From Nitrososphaerota archaeon (GTDB lineage: Archaea > Thermoproteota > EX4484-205 > JAAOZP01), in assembly GCA_011605725.1 (NCBI GenBank), contig JAAOZP010000011.1:116474-180473 (forward strand): a DNA stretch of 64,000 nt, written 5' to 3'. A program made the position numbers and the translations under genes. This document shows positions 18,263-29,337 of this stretch, piece by piece. Each line of letters begins with the position of its first letter. Position 1 is the stretch's first letter. The notes beneath the pieces were generated by a model. That model saw only the letters and a list, made by a program, of their open reading frames with translations, had not been told where the DNA came from and made no database searches.

Positions 18263-20760
18263 TGACTATGAATAGTTTTGAAAGGGTTGCAGAGGGCGGG
18301 TGCGGCGTAATTGGTGTAGCTTCATCAATCCCGATAAAAGGCAGGTTCCTATTAAGGCCTCTTGTACAGACGCATAACAGGGGTAATGGCAAGGGCGGTG
18401 GCATAGCTGCAGTAGGTCTTTCAGCAGAGCAGCTCGGCGTCTCCAAGAGAGTTTTAGAGGAATGCTACCTGGTTCAAATAGCCTACCTAGATTCAAACGT
18501 GAGGGAAGACGTGGAAGCAAGTTTCATCAAACCCTTCATGAGGGTTGAGTACTTTGAGAAGCTCCCAACGTTAGGGGACTACAGGAGTATTGGCTTGGAG
18601 GTGAAGCCTCCGGAAGTCTGGCGCTATTTCCTCAGGGTTGACGAGGACGTGTTGAAAAAGTTTGCCGAGGACAACGGTATGCAGGCGCTTGACCCGAGGG
18701 ATGTGGAGGATGAGTTCATATATAGGAACAGTTTCGCTCTGAACAGGAAGCATTATTCTTCAACAGGCTTGAAAAAGGCTTTTGTCCTCTCTCATGGGAG
18801 AAACATGATTGTCCTAAAAATAGTAGGCTATGCTGAGCAGGTCATAAAATACTACATGCTTGAAGATCTTGAGGCCCACATCTGGATTGGTCACCAGAGG
18901 TATCCTACTAAGGGGAAGGTTTGGCATCCTGGAGGGTCTCACCCGTTCATAGGGTTGAATGACGCCCTTGTTCACAACGGCGACTTTGCAAACTACTACT
19001 CTATAACGGAATATCTTAGGCAGAGGAATATTTACCCGCTTTTCCTGACTGACACGGAGGTCGCTGCCCTATACTGGGACCTCTTGACAAGAATATACCG
19101 ATACCCGTTGGAATACGCTATTGAGGCGCTTGCCCCAACGACTGAAAGAGACTTTGCAATGCTGCCGGATGAGAAGAAAAAGATTTACAAGGTTATTCAG
19201 GCCACACATATCCACGGCTCTCCTGACGGCCCATGGTTCTTCATAATTGCGAGGAACGATGTTAGAAACAGGGTTTTCCAGCTTATCGGCATAACGGACA
19301 CGTCTATGCTCAGGCCGCAGGTCTTTGCGCTTCACGACGGTGATGTTAAAATCGGGATAATCGCCTCTGAAAGGCAAGCGATAGACGCTATGCTTGAAGA
19401 GCTGTCTAAGCATGACGAAAGGATTCATCCAATGGCTGATGCTTACTGGTATGCGAGGGGAGGAAGCTATACTGACGGCGGAGCATTTATTTATACGGTG
19501 GATGAGTATGGAGGCCTTGTTTGCACAAATAAGTTTGGCAAGAGAGTAGCTGTTGAGGCAAGCACCCCTAGAGTTGAGTTTAACGGCGGAGGATGGAGAC
19601 CCGAGATTGATGAGAAAACCATTAAGAGGCTTGGCCCTGAGGAACTTTTTAAACTGGTTTCAAAGAGTATTGGAGACTGGTCTATTCGCGAGGTTGTTTC
19701 CTTAATAGAGGCCCTTGAGGAACATGGTATGAAAGGGAGTGAGGAAATGCTGAAGGCAATAAGCGTGTTAACACTGCTAATCGACAGAAGGTACCCGTCT
19801 AGGGTGAGTAGGAACCGTCTAATCCCGCTTTTCGAGAAGGCTGTTTCCAAGATACTTAGCAGTGTGCCGTTAATAGAGGCTAATTTTCAGGGCAGGCTTC
19901 AACGGGTCGACTGGGATTCTAGAAGAATGCTTGTAAAGCCGTCTGCAGCCAATAGTGTTTTAGTGATAGATGCTCATGATTTTCCACCTGAGGGTGATGA
20001 GGGTGTTTGCAATCTTCTTGAGAACGCTTACCGGTTGGGATGGAGAAGGCTCATTGCGTATAACTTCATAGGGCAGAGGAATTTCGGCGCGGGCCTCGTT
20101 GCCAGGGATGGTGTTAGAATAGACGTGTACGGCAGGCCTGGCGATTGTCTCGCAGCCTTCGCAGACGGGCCGGAGTTCCATGTTCACGGGAGTGTGCAGG
20201 ATTCGGTTGCATACTGCTTCAGGTCTGGAAGGATCGTTGTGTATGGGGATGCAGGCAAGGCTTTCGAGTACGGCGCTAAAGGCGGTGTCGCTTTCATCCT
20301 AGGGGATCTTGTAGACAGACCTTTGATAAACGCTGTAGGAAGCGCTACTGCTGTGATAAACGGCTCATGCATGGACTACATGGGTGAATCGTTCATGGCT
20401 GCCAAGGGCTTCATAATACTGAACGGCATCAGGTTTGACGGAAAGGGCAGGCTCGTGGAGAAGGAAACGCCCTATCACGGTGGAAACCTCCTTCCCCTAG
20501 CGGCGGCTGGCGCAGTGTACATTAGGGATCCTAGGGGGACTGTTGGTGAAGACCAGCTTAATGGTGGTAGGATTGAAAGTATAACGGGCAAGGATTGGGA
20601 GAAGATATTACCGCTGTTAAGGGAGAACGAGAAGCTGTTCGGCATAAGGGTTGAAGACCTTCTGAGGGTCAACGGGGTGTTGAGAATGCCGGAGGAAGTT
20701 TACAGGAAGGTGGTGCCCGTTCAGGTTGCTGCGCTAACCAGATATGAAAGGGGTGATTAA
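18259..20760 (+). CDS. Glutamate synthase subunit: class II glutamine amidotransferase fused to a GXGXG domain
   Basis: AEGG-CGVIG (Ntn Cys), HNRGNGKGGG, GHQRYPT, HPF, VHNGDFANY, TDTE, DGP; C-terminal GQRNFG and GDAGKAFEYGAKGG repeats. Confidence 0.9.
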   Translation: MMTMNSFERVAEGGCGVIGVASSIPIKGRFLLRPLVQTHNRGNGKGGGIAAVGLSAEQLGVSKRVLEECYLVQIAYLDSNVREDVEASFIKPFMRVEYFEKLPTLGDYRSIGLEVKPPEVWRYFLRVDEDVLKKFAEDNGMQALDPRDVEDEFIYRNSFALNRKHYSSTGLKKAFVLSHGRNMIVLKIVGYAEQVIKYYMLEDLEAHIWIGHQRYPTKGKVWHPGGSHPFIGLNDALVHNGDFANYYSITEYLRQRNIYPLFLTDTEVAALYWDLLTRIYRYPLEYAIEALAPTTERDFAMLPDEKKKIYKVIQATHIHGSPDGPWFFIIARNDVRNRVFQLIGITDTSMLRPQVFALHDGDVKIGIIASERQAIDAMLEELSKHDERIHPMADAYWYARGGSYTDGGAFIYTVDEYGGLVCTNKFGKRVAVEASTPRVEFNGGGWRPEIDEKTIKRLGPEELFKLVSKSIGDWSIREVVSLIEALEEHGMKGSEEMLKAISVLTLLIDRRYPSRVSRNRLIPLFEKAVSKILSSVPLIEANFQGRLQRVDWDSRRMLVKPSAANSVLVIDAHDFPPEGDEGVCNLLENAYRLGWRRLIAYNFIGQRNFGAGLVARDGVRIDVYGRPGDCLAAFADGPEFHVHGSVQDSVAYCFRSGRIVVYGDAGKAFEYGAKGGVAFILGDLVDRPLINAVGSATAVINGSCMDYMGESFMAAKGFIILNGIRFDGKGRLVEKETPYHGGNLLPLAAAGAVYIRDPRGTVGEDQLNGGRIESITGKDWEKILPLLRENEKLFGIRVEDLLRVNGVLRMPEEVYRKVVPVQVAALTRYERGD

Positions 20761-21559
20761 CATGCACATCATAGTTTTAATAAAGCAGGTTCCAGACTCC
20801 AGAGAATATGTCCGCATAAGGGAGGACGGAACTCTAGACAGGGAGAGGGTAAGAGCAGTAATAAACGATTGTGATAAAAACGCATTGGAGGCAGCGCTCC
20901 AGCTTAAGGAAAAATTCGGGTCGAAAATAACTGTGGTCTCCATGGGACCGCCTAAGGCAGAGGATGCTCTCAAGGAGGCTTTAGCCATGGGTGCTGATGA
21001 GGCAATCCTAATCTCCGACAGGAGGCTTCGAGGATCAGACACGTTGGCAACATCCTACGTACTTTACAAGGCGATCGAAAGACTTGGCCACTATGATCTA
21101 ATCATATGCGGAATAGAGTCGAGCGACGGCGGTACTGCCCAAGTAGGCCCTGAGCTTGCCGAGTTTCTCGGAATACCTCAAGCAACATTTGTAGATGAGT
21201 TTAAGGTTATTGGCGGATACGTTGAAGCCAAGAGACTGGTAGAAGGAGGCTACGAGAAGCTCAGGATAAAGATGCCAGTGCTCCTGACGATCATGAAGAA
21301 CGCTAACAATCCAAGGGTCACAACTTTTTCAGGGATTCTAAAGGCTGTTAAGAAGCAGGTTGTGACGTGGACGATTGACGATGTTGGGGCTGAGGAAAAG
21401 AAGGTAGGATTAGCAGGCTCCCCCACTAAGATAATGAAGGTTGAGAAGTTGAGTTTTCAGAGGAAAAGGCTTATGATTGAAGGAGAAACAGCTGATGAAG
21501 TCGTTGATAATCTTTTGAAGAGGCTGGTCGAGGACGGGGTGATTCGTGGAGGATACTGA
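20744..21559 (+). CDS. etfB: Electron transfer flavoprotein beta subunit
   Basis: IIVLIKQVPD, ALEAALQLKE, SMGPP, LAMGADEAILISDR, GSDTLATS, DGGTAQVGP, GLAGSPT. Likely start is ATG 20762. Confidence 0.95.
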   Translation: MKGVINMHIIVLIKQVPDSREYVRIREDGTLDRERVRAVINDCDKNALEAALQLKEKFGSKITVVSMGPPKAEDALKEALAMGADEAILISDRRLRGSDTLATSYVLYKAIERLGHYDLIICGIESSDGGTAQVGPELAEFLGIPQATFVDEFKVIGGYVEAKRLVEGGYEKLRIKMPVLLTIMKNANNPRVTTFSGILKAVKKQVVTWTIDDVGAEEKKVGLAGSPTKIMKVEKLSFQRKRLMIEGETADEVVDNLLKRLVEDGVIRGGY

Positions 21560-21562
21560 AAG

Positions 21563-22588
21563 ATGACCGGATATTCAGGAGTCTGGGTTTATGCGGAGCA
21601 TCGGAATGGCGTCATCAGCAAGAATACCCTTGAGATACTTGGCAAAGGGAGAGAGCTGGCTGACAAGCTTTGCGTTGAACTGTCAGCAGTATTATTCGGC
21701 TGCAATGTTAGCTCGTCTGCAAACGTGTTAACGATTTACGGTGCTGACAAGGTTTATGTCACGGATGATGAAAAGCTTAGAAACTATAAGACTCGTACAT
21801 ATGCAAGGCTGATGACAGAGCTTATTTTAAAGCATAAGCCGGAGATAGTGCTGTTCACCGCCAGCACTACAGGCAGAGACTTGGCTCCGAGAGTGGCGGC
21901 AAGGCTTAGAACAGGATTAACTGCAAACTGCATTGATCTAGACATTGGGGACTTTGAAGACAAGGAGACCGGCAGGAGATACGAAAAGATCCTTTACCAA
22001 ATCGTTCCAGCATTCGGTGGAAACGTTGTCGCAACAATAGTTACGCCCTTCAATCGACCTCAAATGGCTACTGTCAGGCCGGGAGTGTTCCCACCTCCGG
22101 AAAAAATATTTAGGAAAGGGGAGATTGTTCTCTTTAAGCCTGAGGCAATAGATGTGGATGAGGAGGTGGAAGTCTTGGAGGTCAACAGGAGTCAGGAGGA
22201 ATCTAGTCTTGAGAATGCGAAAATAGTTGTTGGAGGAGGGTTGGGCGTAGGCGGCCCAGAGGGTTTCAAACTCTTAAAGGAGCTTGCCGACTCCTTGGGG
22301 GGATGCGTCGGGGTTACCCGTCCAGTAACAGATGCCGGGTGGATGCCGTATGATTCCATGATAGGTGAGAGCGGTAGAACAATAAGGCCAGACCTCTACA
22401 TAGCGTGCGGCATTTCTGGAGCGTTGCACCATATGATTGGCGTCAGGGGAAGCAGGAAAATAGTCGCGATCAATAATGATCCTAAGGCACCCATATTTGA
22501 GGCTGCGGACTATATTGTAATAGGAGACTTATTTCAAATAGTCCCGAAGCTAACTGAGAAAGTGAAGAAGTATGTCGGAGCTTTATGA
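21563..22588 (+). CDS. etfA: Electron transfer flavoprotein alpha subunit
   Basis: [59 protein letters not shown]. Confidence 0.95.
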   Translation: MTGYSGVWVYAEHRNGVISKNTLEILGKGRELADKLCVELSAVLFGCNVSSSANVLTIYGADKVYVTDDEKLRNYKTRTYARLMTELILKHKPEIVLFTASTTGRDLAPRVAARLRTGLTANCIDLDIGDFEDKETGRRYEKILYQIVPAFGGNVVATIVTPFNRPQMATVRPGVFPPPEKIFRKGEIVLFKPEAIDVDEEVEVLEVNRSQEESSLENAKIVVGGGLGVGGPEGFKLLKELADSLGGCVGVTRPVTDAGWMPYDSMIGESGRTIRPDLYIACGISGALHHMIGVRGSRKIVAINNDPKAPIFEAADYIVIGDLFQIVPKLTEKVKKYVGAL

Positions 22589-24122
22589 TGCAATTATTGT
22601 TCTAGACTACGGGGGACAATATTGCCATCTGATAGGAAGAAGGATAAGAGAGCAGGGAGTATACTCGGAAATAGTCCCCTGGGAAATAAAAGCCGAAGAA
22701 ATCAGGCTTATAAGCGAAAAAATGAATGTTAAAGGCTTAATATTGTCAGGAGGACCAGCGAGCGTTTTCGATGCGGAGGCTCCGAAACTTGATGCAAACA
22801 TTCTGAATTTAGGGTTGCCTGTTCTAGGCCTCTGCTACGGCCATCAGCTCTTGGCCCACATTGTTGGTGGAAAGGTCAGACCTGCTGAAAGAAGGGAATA
22901 TGGTGCAACTTATGTTACCATAGACAGGCCTGTCGGCGTGTTAAAGGGGCTGGGTAGAAAGGAAAGAGTGTGGATGAGCCATAGTGATGCTGTTTTCTCA
23001 GTCCCGGAAGAATATGAGGTGCTGGCGCATTCTGAAAACTGTCCCGTAGCAGCCTTCGGGCACAGGGAGAAACCGGTCTACGGTTTGCAATGGCACCCTG
23101 AAGTAGTCCACACGGAGAATGGAGTCCTAATGCTCAGAAACTTCCTGTTTGAAGTATGCGGCTGCAAAGCCAATTGGAAGGTTGAGAACCTCGTGAATAA
23201 GATTATTGAGGAAATCAGGTTTGAGACAGGCGGTAGCAAGGCCATAATTGCCCTAAGCGGCGGCGTGGATTCAAGCGTCACAACGGCGCTAGCAGCCAAG
23301 GCTATTGGAAACAGGCTTACAGCGGTTTTCGTCGACCACGGGTTTATGCGAGAGAACGAGCCTGAGTCCGTGGAGAATTTTTTCAAAGGCATGGGGATAA
23401 ACCTTATGGTGATAGATGCGAAAGACCGTTTTCTGAAGAAGCTTCGAGGTATAATTGACCCTGAGATGAAGAGGAAGATTATAGGTGAAGAATTCATAAG
23501 GGTTTTCGAAGAAGTTGCTGAAAAAATCGGGGCGGAATGTTTAATCCAGGGAACCATTTACCCGGATAGGATTGAATCGGGATTTCGAAGGTTTTCAGAC
23601 AAGATAAAAACGCATCACAATGTAGCTGGGCTTCCGGCACGTGTAAAGTTTAGAAAGATAGTTGAACCCCTGCGGGACCTATACAAGGATGAGGTTAGAA
23701 GAATTGGGGAAGCCCTTGGGCTGCCGAGGGAGCTGGTTTACAGACAGCCCTTCCCGGGCCCGGGTCTTGCTGTAAGGATTACCGGTGAGGTAACCAGGGA
23801 GAAGGTTGAGGTAGTGAGGAAAGCAGACAGGATTGTTAGGGAGGAGGTTGAGAGAAGCGGTTTGAAGGAAAGACTCTGGCAATATTTCGCAGTCCTGACT
23901 AACACGATGGCTACGGGCGTTAAGGGTGATGCCCGGGCCTACGGCTATGTTGTCGCAGTCAGGATCGTCGAAAGCAGTGAAGCCATGACTGCAAGCTTCG
24001 CTAAAATACCCTACGAAGTGTTGGAGAGTATCTCTACAAGGATAACCAACGAGATACCTGAGGTTGCAAGGGTTGTTTACGACATTACTCACAAGCCGCC
24101 TGCAACAATAGAGTGGGAGTGA
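22572..24122 (+). CDS. guaA: GMP synthase (glutamine-hydrolysing), single-chain
   Basis: [75 protein letters not shown]. Confidence 0.97.
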   Translation: MSELYDAIIVLDYGGQYCHLIGRRIREQGVYSEIVPWEIKAEEIRLISEKMNVKGLILSGGPASVFDAEAPKLDANILNLGLPVLGLCYGHQLLAHIVGGKVRPAERREYGATYVTIDRPVGVLKGLGRKERVWMSHSDAVFSVPEEYEVLAHSENCPVAAFGHREKPVYGLQWHPEVVHTENGVLMLRNFLFEVCGCKANWKVENLVNKIIEEIRFETGGSKAIIALSGGVDSSVTTALAAKAIGNRLTAVFVDHGFMRENEPESVENFFKGMGINLMVIDAKDRFLKKLRGIIDPEMKRKIIGEEFIRVFEEVAEKIGAECLIQGTIYPDRIESGFRRFSDKIKTHHNVAGLPARVKFRKIVEPLRDLYKDEVRRIGEALGLPRELVYRQPFPGPGLAVRITGEVTREKVEVVRKADRIVREEVERSGLKERLWQYFAVLTNTMATGVKGDARAYGYVVAVRIVESSEAMTASFAKIPYEVLESISTRITNEIPEVARVVYDITHKPPATIEWE

Positions 24123-24328
24123 ACCCTAGTGTTTAAAAATAGATTATCCTTCCACTTGTTGACGATAGGCGTTTTCCAACCTATGCCGAACGCTTTGGCG
24201 TGGTTTTCAGGCATAGAGGTGCCTGACACCTTTTATACTCGGCACTTCTGATATTCGTATAGGTGTCCCAGCGCGCTATGCTTATTGCGGTTGTTTTGAA
24301 AAAAGAATAAGGATTTATATAGAGATTA

Positions 24329-25393
<1,065 letters not shown>

Positions 25394-25458
25394 TTAACGC
25401 GATTCACGTACTGCCAAGTAAACCCTTTAAAATCTTTAATCCGTATGAATACCCCGTT

Positions 25459-26316
25459 ATGAAAAGTTTGACTGAGGAGATAGTGAAGAGACGTGTTTTA
25501 ACTGAGGTAGAGAAGTACCCGTTTTTCCAGAAGGCAGTTATCGCTCTCTCGGGTGGGAAAGACAGTGGGAGTCTCCTACATGTTTTCATGGAGGTCTATC
25601 CAGATAAGGAAGTTATTCCCGTTCATCTGAACCTTGGTATAGGAGGCTTCTCAGAGGCTTCGGAGCGTTTTGCAAGAATGCAGGCTGAGAAGGCGGGTCT
25701 TCAACTTGTGGTTTTCAACCTTGAGAAAGAGCTTGGTTTCTCGATCATGGATGCTAAGAAACTCTATCCGAAGGTTTGTAGCGTCTGCGGTGGTTTCAAG
25801 AGGTATCTTTTGAACAGGATTTCCTTCGAGCTTGACGCTGACATCATTCTTACAGCTCACCATCTTGAGGATTTCCTGGTTAGAATGTTGAAGTCTGTTT
25901 TAAACGCCGGGTTTGAAGAGCTCGCTAGGTTTAAAACATATCTTCCAAGGAAGGGAAATCTTGTTGCTAAAGGTAGGCCTTTCTGCAGGGTTTCGGAGAA
26001 TCTCATAGCGGAGTATGCTTTTCTCAAGGGTATTCCGTTTCTATCTGAGAAATGCCCTATCGGGAGGAAAGAGAACGTTGAAAGATTCAGGAGGACTGTT
26101 GAAATTTTGGCTAGGAGGCAGAGCCAGAAGCTTCTTTATTTCTCGTCCTTAACGAAGCTGGCTGAGAAGCTTCACAGCTGCGGAGCTATACCCATGCCGG
26201 AGTTGAAACCTTGCTCATCATGCGGCTTTCTCGCTTCAAGTGAAACATGCTCCTTCTGTGCGAGGGTGAGGAAGATCAAGGCTTTCCTAGACAGGGAGAA
26301 GGCAGCATCGTTTTAG
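25459..26316 (+). CDS. TtuA/TtcA-like PP-loop tRNA thiolation protein
   Basis: ALSGGKDS PP-loop, CSVCGGFKRY, TAHHLED, CP, and C-terminal CSSC...CSFC. Confidence 0.8.
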   Translation: MKSLTEEIVKRRVLTEVEKYPFFQKAVIALSGGKDSGSLLHVFMEVYPDKEVIPVHLNLGIGGFSEASERFARMQAEKAGLQLVVFNLEKELGFSIMDAKKLYPKVCSVCGGFKRYLLNRISFELDADIILTAHHLEDFLVRMLKSVLNAGFEELARFKTYLPRKGNLVAKGRPFCRVSENLIAEYAFLKGIPFLSEKCPIGRKENVERFRRTVEILARRQSQKLLYFSSLTKLAEKLHSCGAIPMPELKPCSSCGFLASSETCSFCARVRKIKAFLDREKAASF

Positions 26317-26397
26317 TCGAATACTCTGCGAAGCTTTTTAAGCAAACCCTTTTAAACATCTTGCCTTCTTACACACTTTAAGAAGCGGGAGGCCGGC

Positions 26398-27498
26398 ATG
26401 AGAATCGCCTTCGTTTATGACGCCGTGTACCCATGGGTTAAAGGGGGAGTGGAAAGAAGAATATACGAACTCGGGCGCAGACTGTCCCGTCGACATGAAG
26501 TCTACTGGTTCGGGTTAAAATGGTGGAGTAGTGGAGAGAGGAATCTTGACGGTATTATGCTTCACGGCGTTGGAGAAGGAAGGCCTCTTTACGTTAATGG
26601 GAAGCGTTCGATAAGCGAAGCCTTATATTTCGGCCTTAAACTGCTTTCCGGCTTAAAGCATGATATAGACTTTATGGATGTTCAAGCTTTCCCATATTTT
26701 TCCTGCTTCTCTTCTAAAGTTCGTTCAATGACTGCTGGAGTATGCATGGCGGTGACTTGGCACGAGCTCTGGAACAGCTACTGGTTTGAATACATGGGTC
26801 TAAAGGGGCTTGCGGGCTGGGTTGTTGAGAGAGCAGTCTTAAAACTTACGCCTATGCATATTGCCGTGTCAGATGTAACGAGAAGGAGTCTGGAGAAGGT
26901 TGGTGTTCACGCCGAGGTAATCCCGAACGGGATAGACTTCGAACATATAGCGGGAGTACGTGGAAGCGGTGAAGAGTCTGACATGGTTTTCGCAGGAAGG
27001 CTGGTGAAAGAGAAGAATGTTGACTTGATTATTAAGGCGGTGAGAATTCTGAAGGACAGTATTCCAGACGTTAAATGCATGATAATAGGCGACGGACCTG
27101 AGAAACAGGCTCTTGTAAGCCTTTCGGAGCAGCTTGGAGTAAGGGAGAACGTTGTTTTTAAAGGTTTTCTTGAGGATCATGACGATGTAATAGCCTTCAT
27201 GAAGTCTTCAAAAGTATTTATACTTCCTTCAACAAGGGAGGGGTTCGGAATCGTTGTTTTAGAGGCGAACGCGTGCGGCCTGCCTGTTATCACAGTCAGG
27301 CATGAGAGAAATGCTGCCTGCAGCCTGGTTGAAGAAGGTTTAAACGGTTTCACATGTCCTGTTTCACCTGAGAAAATTGCGGAAAAAACCTTGGAAGCAA
27401 TGGGGAGGAACATGAGGCAAACGTGTGTTAACAATGCCTCAAAATATGACTGGAGCAGCATCATAAGACTTTACGAGGATTTTCTAAAAAAGGTCTGA
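26398..27498 (+). CDS. Glycosyltransferase family 4
   Basis: YPWVKGGVERR, VIPNGID, FAGRLVKEK, PSTREGFGIVVLEANACGLP. Confidence 0.92.
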   Translation: MRIAFVYDAVYPWVKGGVERRIYELGRRLSRRHEVYWFGLKWWSSGERNLDGIMLHGVGEGRPLYVNGKRSISEALYFGLKLLSGLKHDIDFMDVQAFPYFSCFSSKVRSMTAGVCMAVTWHELWNSYWFEYMGLKGLAGWVVERAVLKLTPMHIAVSDVTRRSLEKVGVHAEVIPNGIDFEHIAGVRGSGEESDMVFAGRLVKEKNVDLIIKAVRILKDSIPDVKCMIIGDGPEKQALVSLSEQLGVRENVVFKGFLEDHDDVIAFMKSSKVFILPSTREGFGIVVLEANACGLPVITVRHERNAACSLVEEGLNGFTCPVSPEKIAEKTLEAMGRNMRQTCVNNASKYDWSSIIRLYEDFLKKV

Positions 27499-27514
27499 AC
27501 GCTATGGTGACCAG

Positions 27515-27937
27515 TTATTCCTGCTGATGCTTTGCACTACACATCCTTAACACGCCGCGTGTGTTAATATATGGCGGAACACTGCCGGTTTCTAGCATGG
27601 AGCAGACCTCTGGACCAAGTCCTTTCGAAACAATCCTTTTGAACGCTCTCCATGTTAAAACAGATACTGCAAGCATTCTTCTAGTATCTATAAGAAGGAT
27701 CCTCCACTTTCTGCAAAAACTCGCAGCACTCTTAGAAACCTCTACTCTGCCATAATGCGTTGCCCTCGCATACATTCCTCGTCTGGACTTTACTCTCGCT
27801 CTTGACAATGCTACAACACATATGAATTCCCTGTGGGAAGGACTGATCTTCCAGTACTTGTTGTGCTTAACTGCGTTTACAAGGTCTTCTGCTTCCTTCT
27901 TAGACAGCCTTTTAAAAACACTATCCTTGAACATCAT
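27515..27937 (-). CDS. Hypothetical basic protein
   Basis: 140-aa ORF filling the gap, co-oriented with the TrmB gene; no recognised motif. Confidence 0.5.
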   Translation of the reverse strand: MMFKDSVFKRLSKKEAEDLVNAVKHNKYWKISPSHREFICVVALSRARVKSRRGMYARATHYGRVEVSKSAASFCRKWRILLIDTRRMLAVSVLTWRAFKRIVSKGLGPEVCSMLETGSVPPYINTRGVLRMCSAKHQQE

Positions 27938-27980
27938 GCTTCGCGGAGCCTAACAGAGTAAGGAGCCTGCCTAACAATCC

Positions 27981-29222
27981 TCAAGAAGGCTGAAGCTCAA
28001 CCACCCTGATCCCGTAGAAGGTGGCCAACTGCTTCGCGTCCTCGCTCAGCCTCGGCTTCACTATTAGAGTCGACCCGTTAATCATGTCTTCAACATCATT
28101 CTTCTTGGTGTAGAAACCGATTATGGATGTGACAGGAACATCAGTCACATCGAAAACAATATCGCAGACGATCGGCTTATCCCCGTTTAAAACACCCATG
28201 TCAAACACATGCGTAATTCCGGATTTACCGGTTATTCTTATACCTTCCTTAACCTGCAGCCCAACCATTGAGAGGTATTGTGAAAGCTGCTCCTTAAAAG
28301 AAGCGTACTCCTCCTCCTTCATTTTCAACTCCTGTTCAGCGGGAAGCATTCTTACCGATACTTCCTCAGGCTGCATCATGCTTGTAAACAGCTTTTTGAG
28401 AGACTGTACCAGGGCATCGCTATTAGTCCAGATCGCTGTAGCCTCTTTTCTCTCAGCCCGGCTTACACCTGGTGGTTTAGTAAACATGAGGAGCTGCTTA
28501 TTGTCAACTATTACGAACCACGGTGATGAAATACTCATCGTCTTAACCTCTATGACCTCAGCATGCTTCTTAAGAAACGACGTTATGCTTGACGTCCCTA
28601 AAATACCATGTGTAAGTATTTGGATATGGATGTTGTCTTTGCTCAGGTTTCGAAGCTTCTGCAGGATTCCAGCGTTATATGCTCTAACAAGTTCCGTCCT
28701 AGAAGCTACGATGTTAACCTCCTCTTTAGCCTCATCCAGCATGTCTGAAAGCCTTGCGTAAATCTGCTCTATGCCCTTCAAAAGCTGAATCTTCTCCTGC
28801 TCCTCTACCTTAGAAGGAACACGGACCTTTTTCCATATTTCCATCAACTCCTCTTTACTCTTCTCCATCGTCATTATTCTTCTCTTCTCAGCCTCAATCA
28901 GGATTTCAAGCGCTTTTTCAAAGCCTATTGCTGAGAATTTAGCGGGACGATCTAGACTCGCTTCTATAATACCCTTATTCTGAAGGCTAGTCAGTATGTT
29001 GTACACTTCTGTCCTCGAAATACCCAGTGATAATCCTATTTCACTAGCCTTCATCGGCCCTAGTTTTAAAAGATGTATGAAAACCTTGGCCTCATTATCA
29101 GTTAAACCATATTCGCCGAGCTCCTCCCGGAGTTTTTCAAACTCTTCAGATTCCCCGCCTAAAGCAATACGGCTCTCTTCCTCTATAGAAGCCATCGCTG
29201 GATTTAAACATATGTATGTCAA
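27981..29222 (-). CDS. TrmB-family transcriptional regulator with an extra C-terminal restriction-endonuclease-fold-like domain
   Basis: YGLTDNEAKVF...GISRTEVYNILTSLQNKG (TrmB wHTH); effector domain (IVDNKQLL, AIWTNS); C-terminal ITGKSGITHVFD...ATFYGIRVV. The true start may be slightly downstream (MASIEE). Confidence 0.85.
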   Translation of the reverse strand: MTYICLNPAMASIEEESRIALGGESEEFEKLREELGEYGLTDNEAKVFIHLLKLGPMKASEIGLSLGISRTEVYNILTSLQNKGIIEASLDRPAKFSAIGFEKALEILIEAEKRRIMTMEKSKEELMEIWKKVRVPSKVEEQEKIQLLKGIEQIYARLSDMLDEAKEEVNIVASRTELVRAYNAGILQKLRNLSKDNIHIQILTHGILGTSSITSFLKKHAEVIEVKTMSISSPWFVIVDNKQLLMFTKPPGVSRAERKEATAIWTNSDALVQSLKKLFTSMMQPEEVSVRMLPAEQELKMKEEEYASFKEQLSQYLSMVGLQVKEGIRITGKSGITHVFDMGVLNGDKPIVCDIVFDVTDVPVTSIIGFYTKKNDVEDMINGSTLIVKPRLSEDAKQLATFYGIRVVELQPS

Positions 29223-29337
29223 CGGTGCTAATTAAGCTTTTTTAAAAAGGACGGAAGTGCCTAGTGGTCTAAACCCCGTCGCGAGAAGCATTAAGGTTAA
29301 CACAAAACCTTAAGTATTAAAACCTGTTTTCTGCTTA

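Noticed and set aside
24160-24226. Possible C/D box sRNA (TGACGA ... CTGA)
   Set aside because: The box C is imperfect, there is no convincing C'/D' pair and no identifiable guide target.
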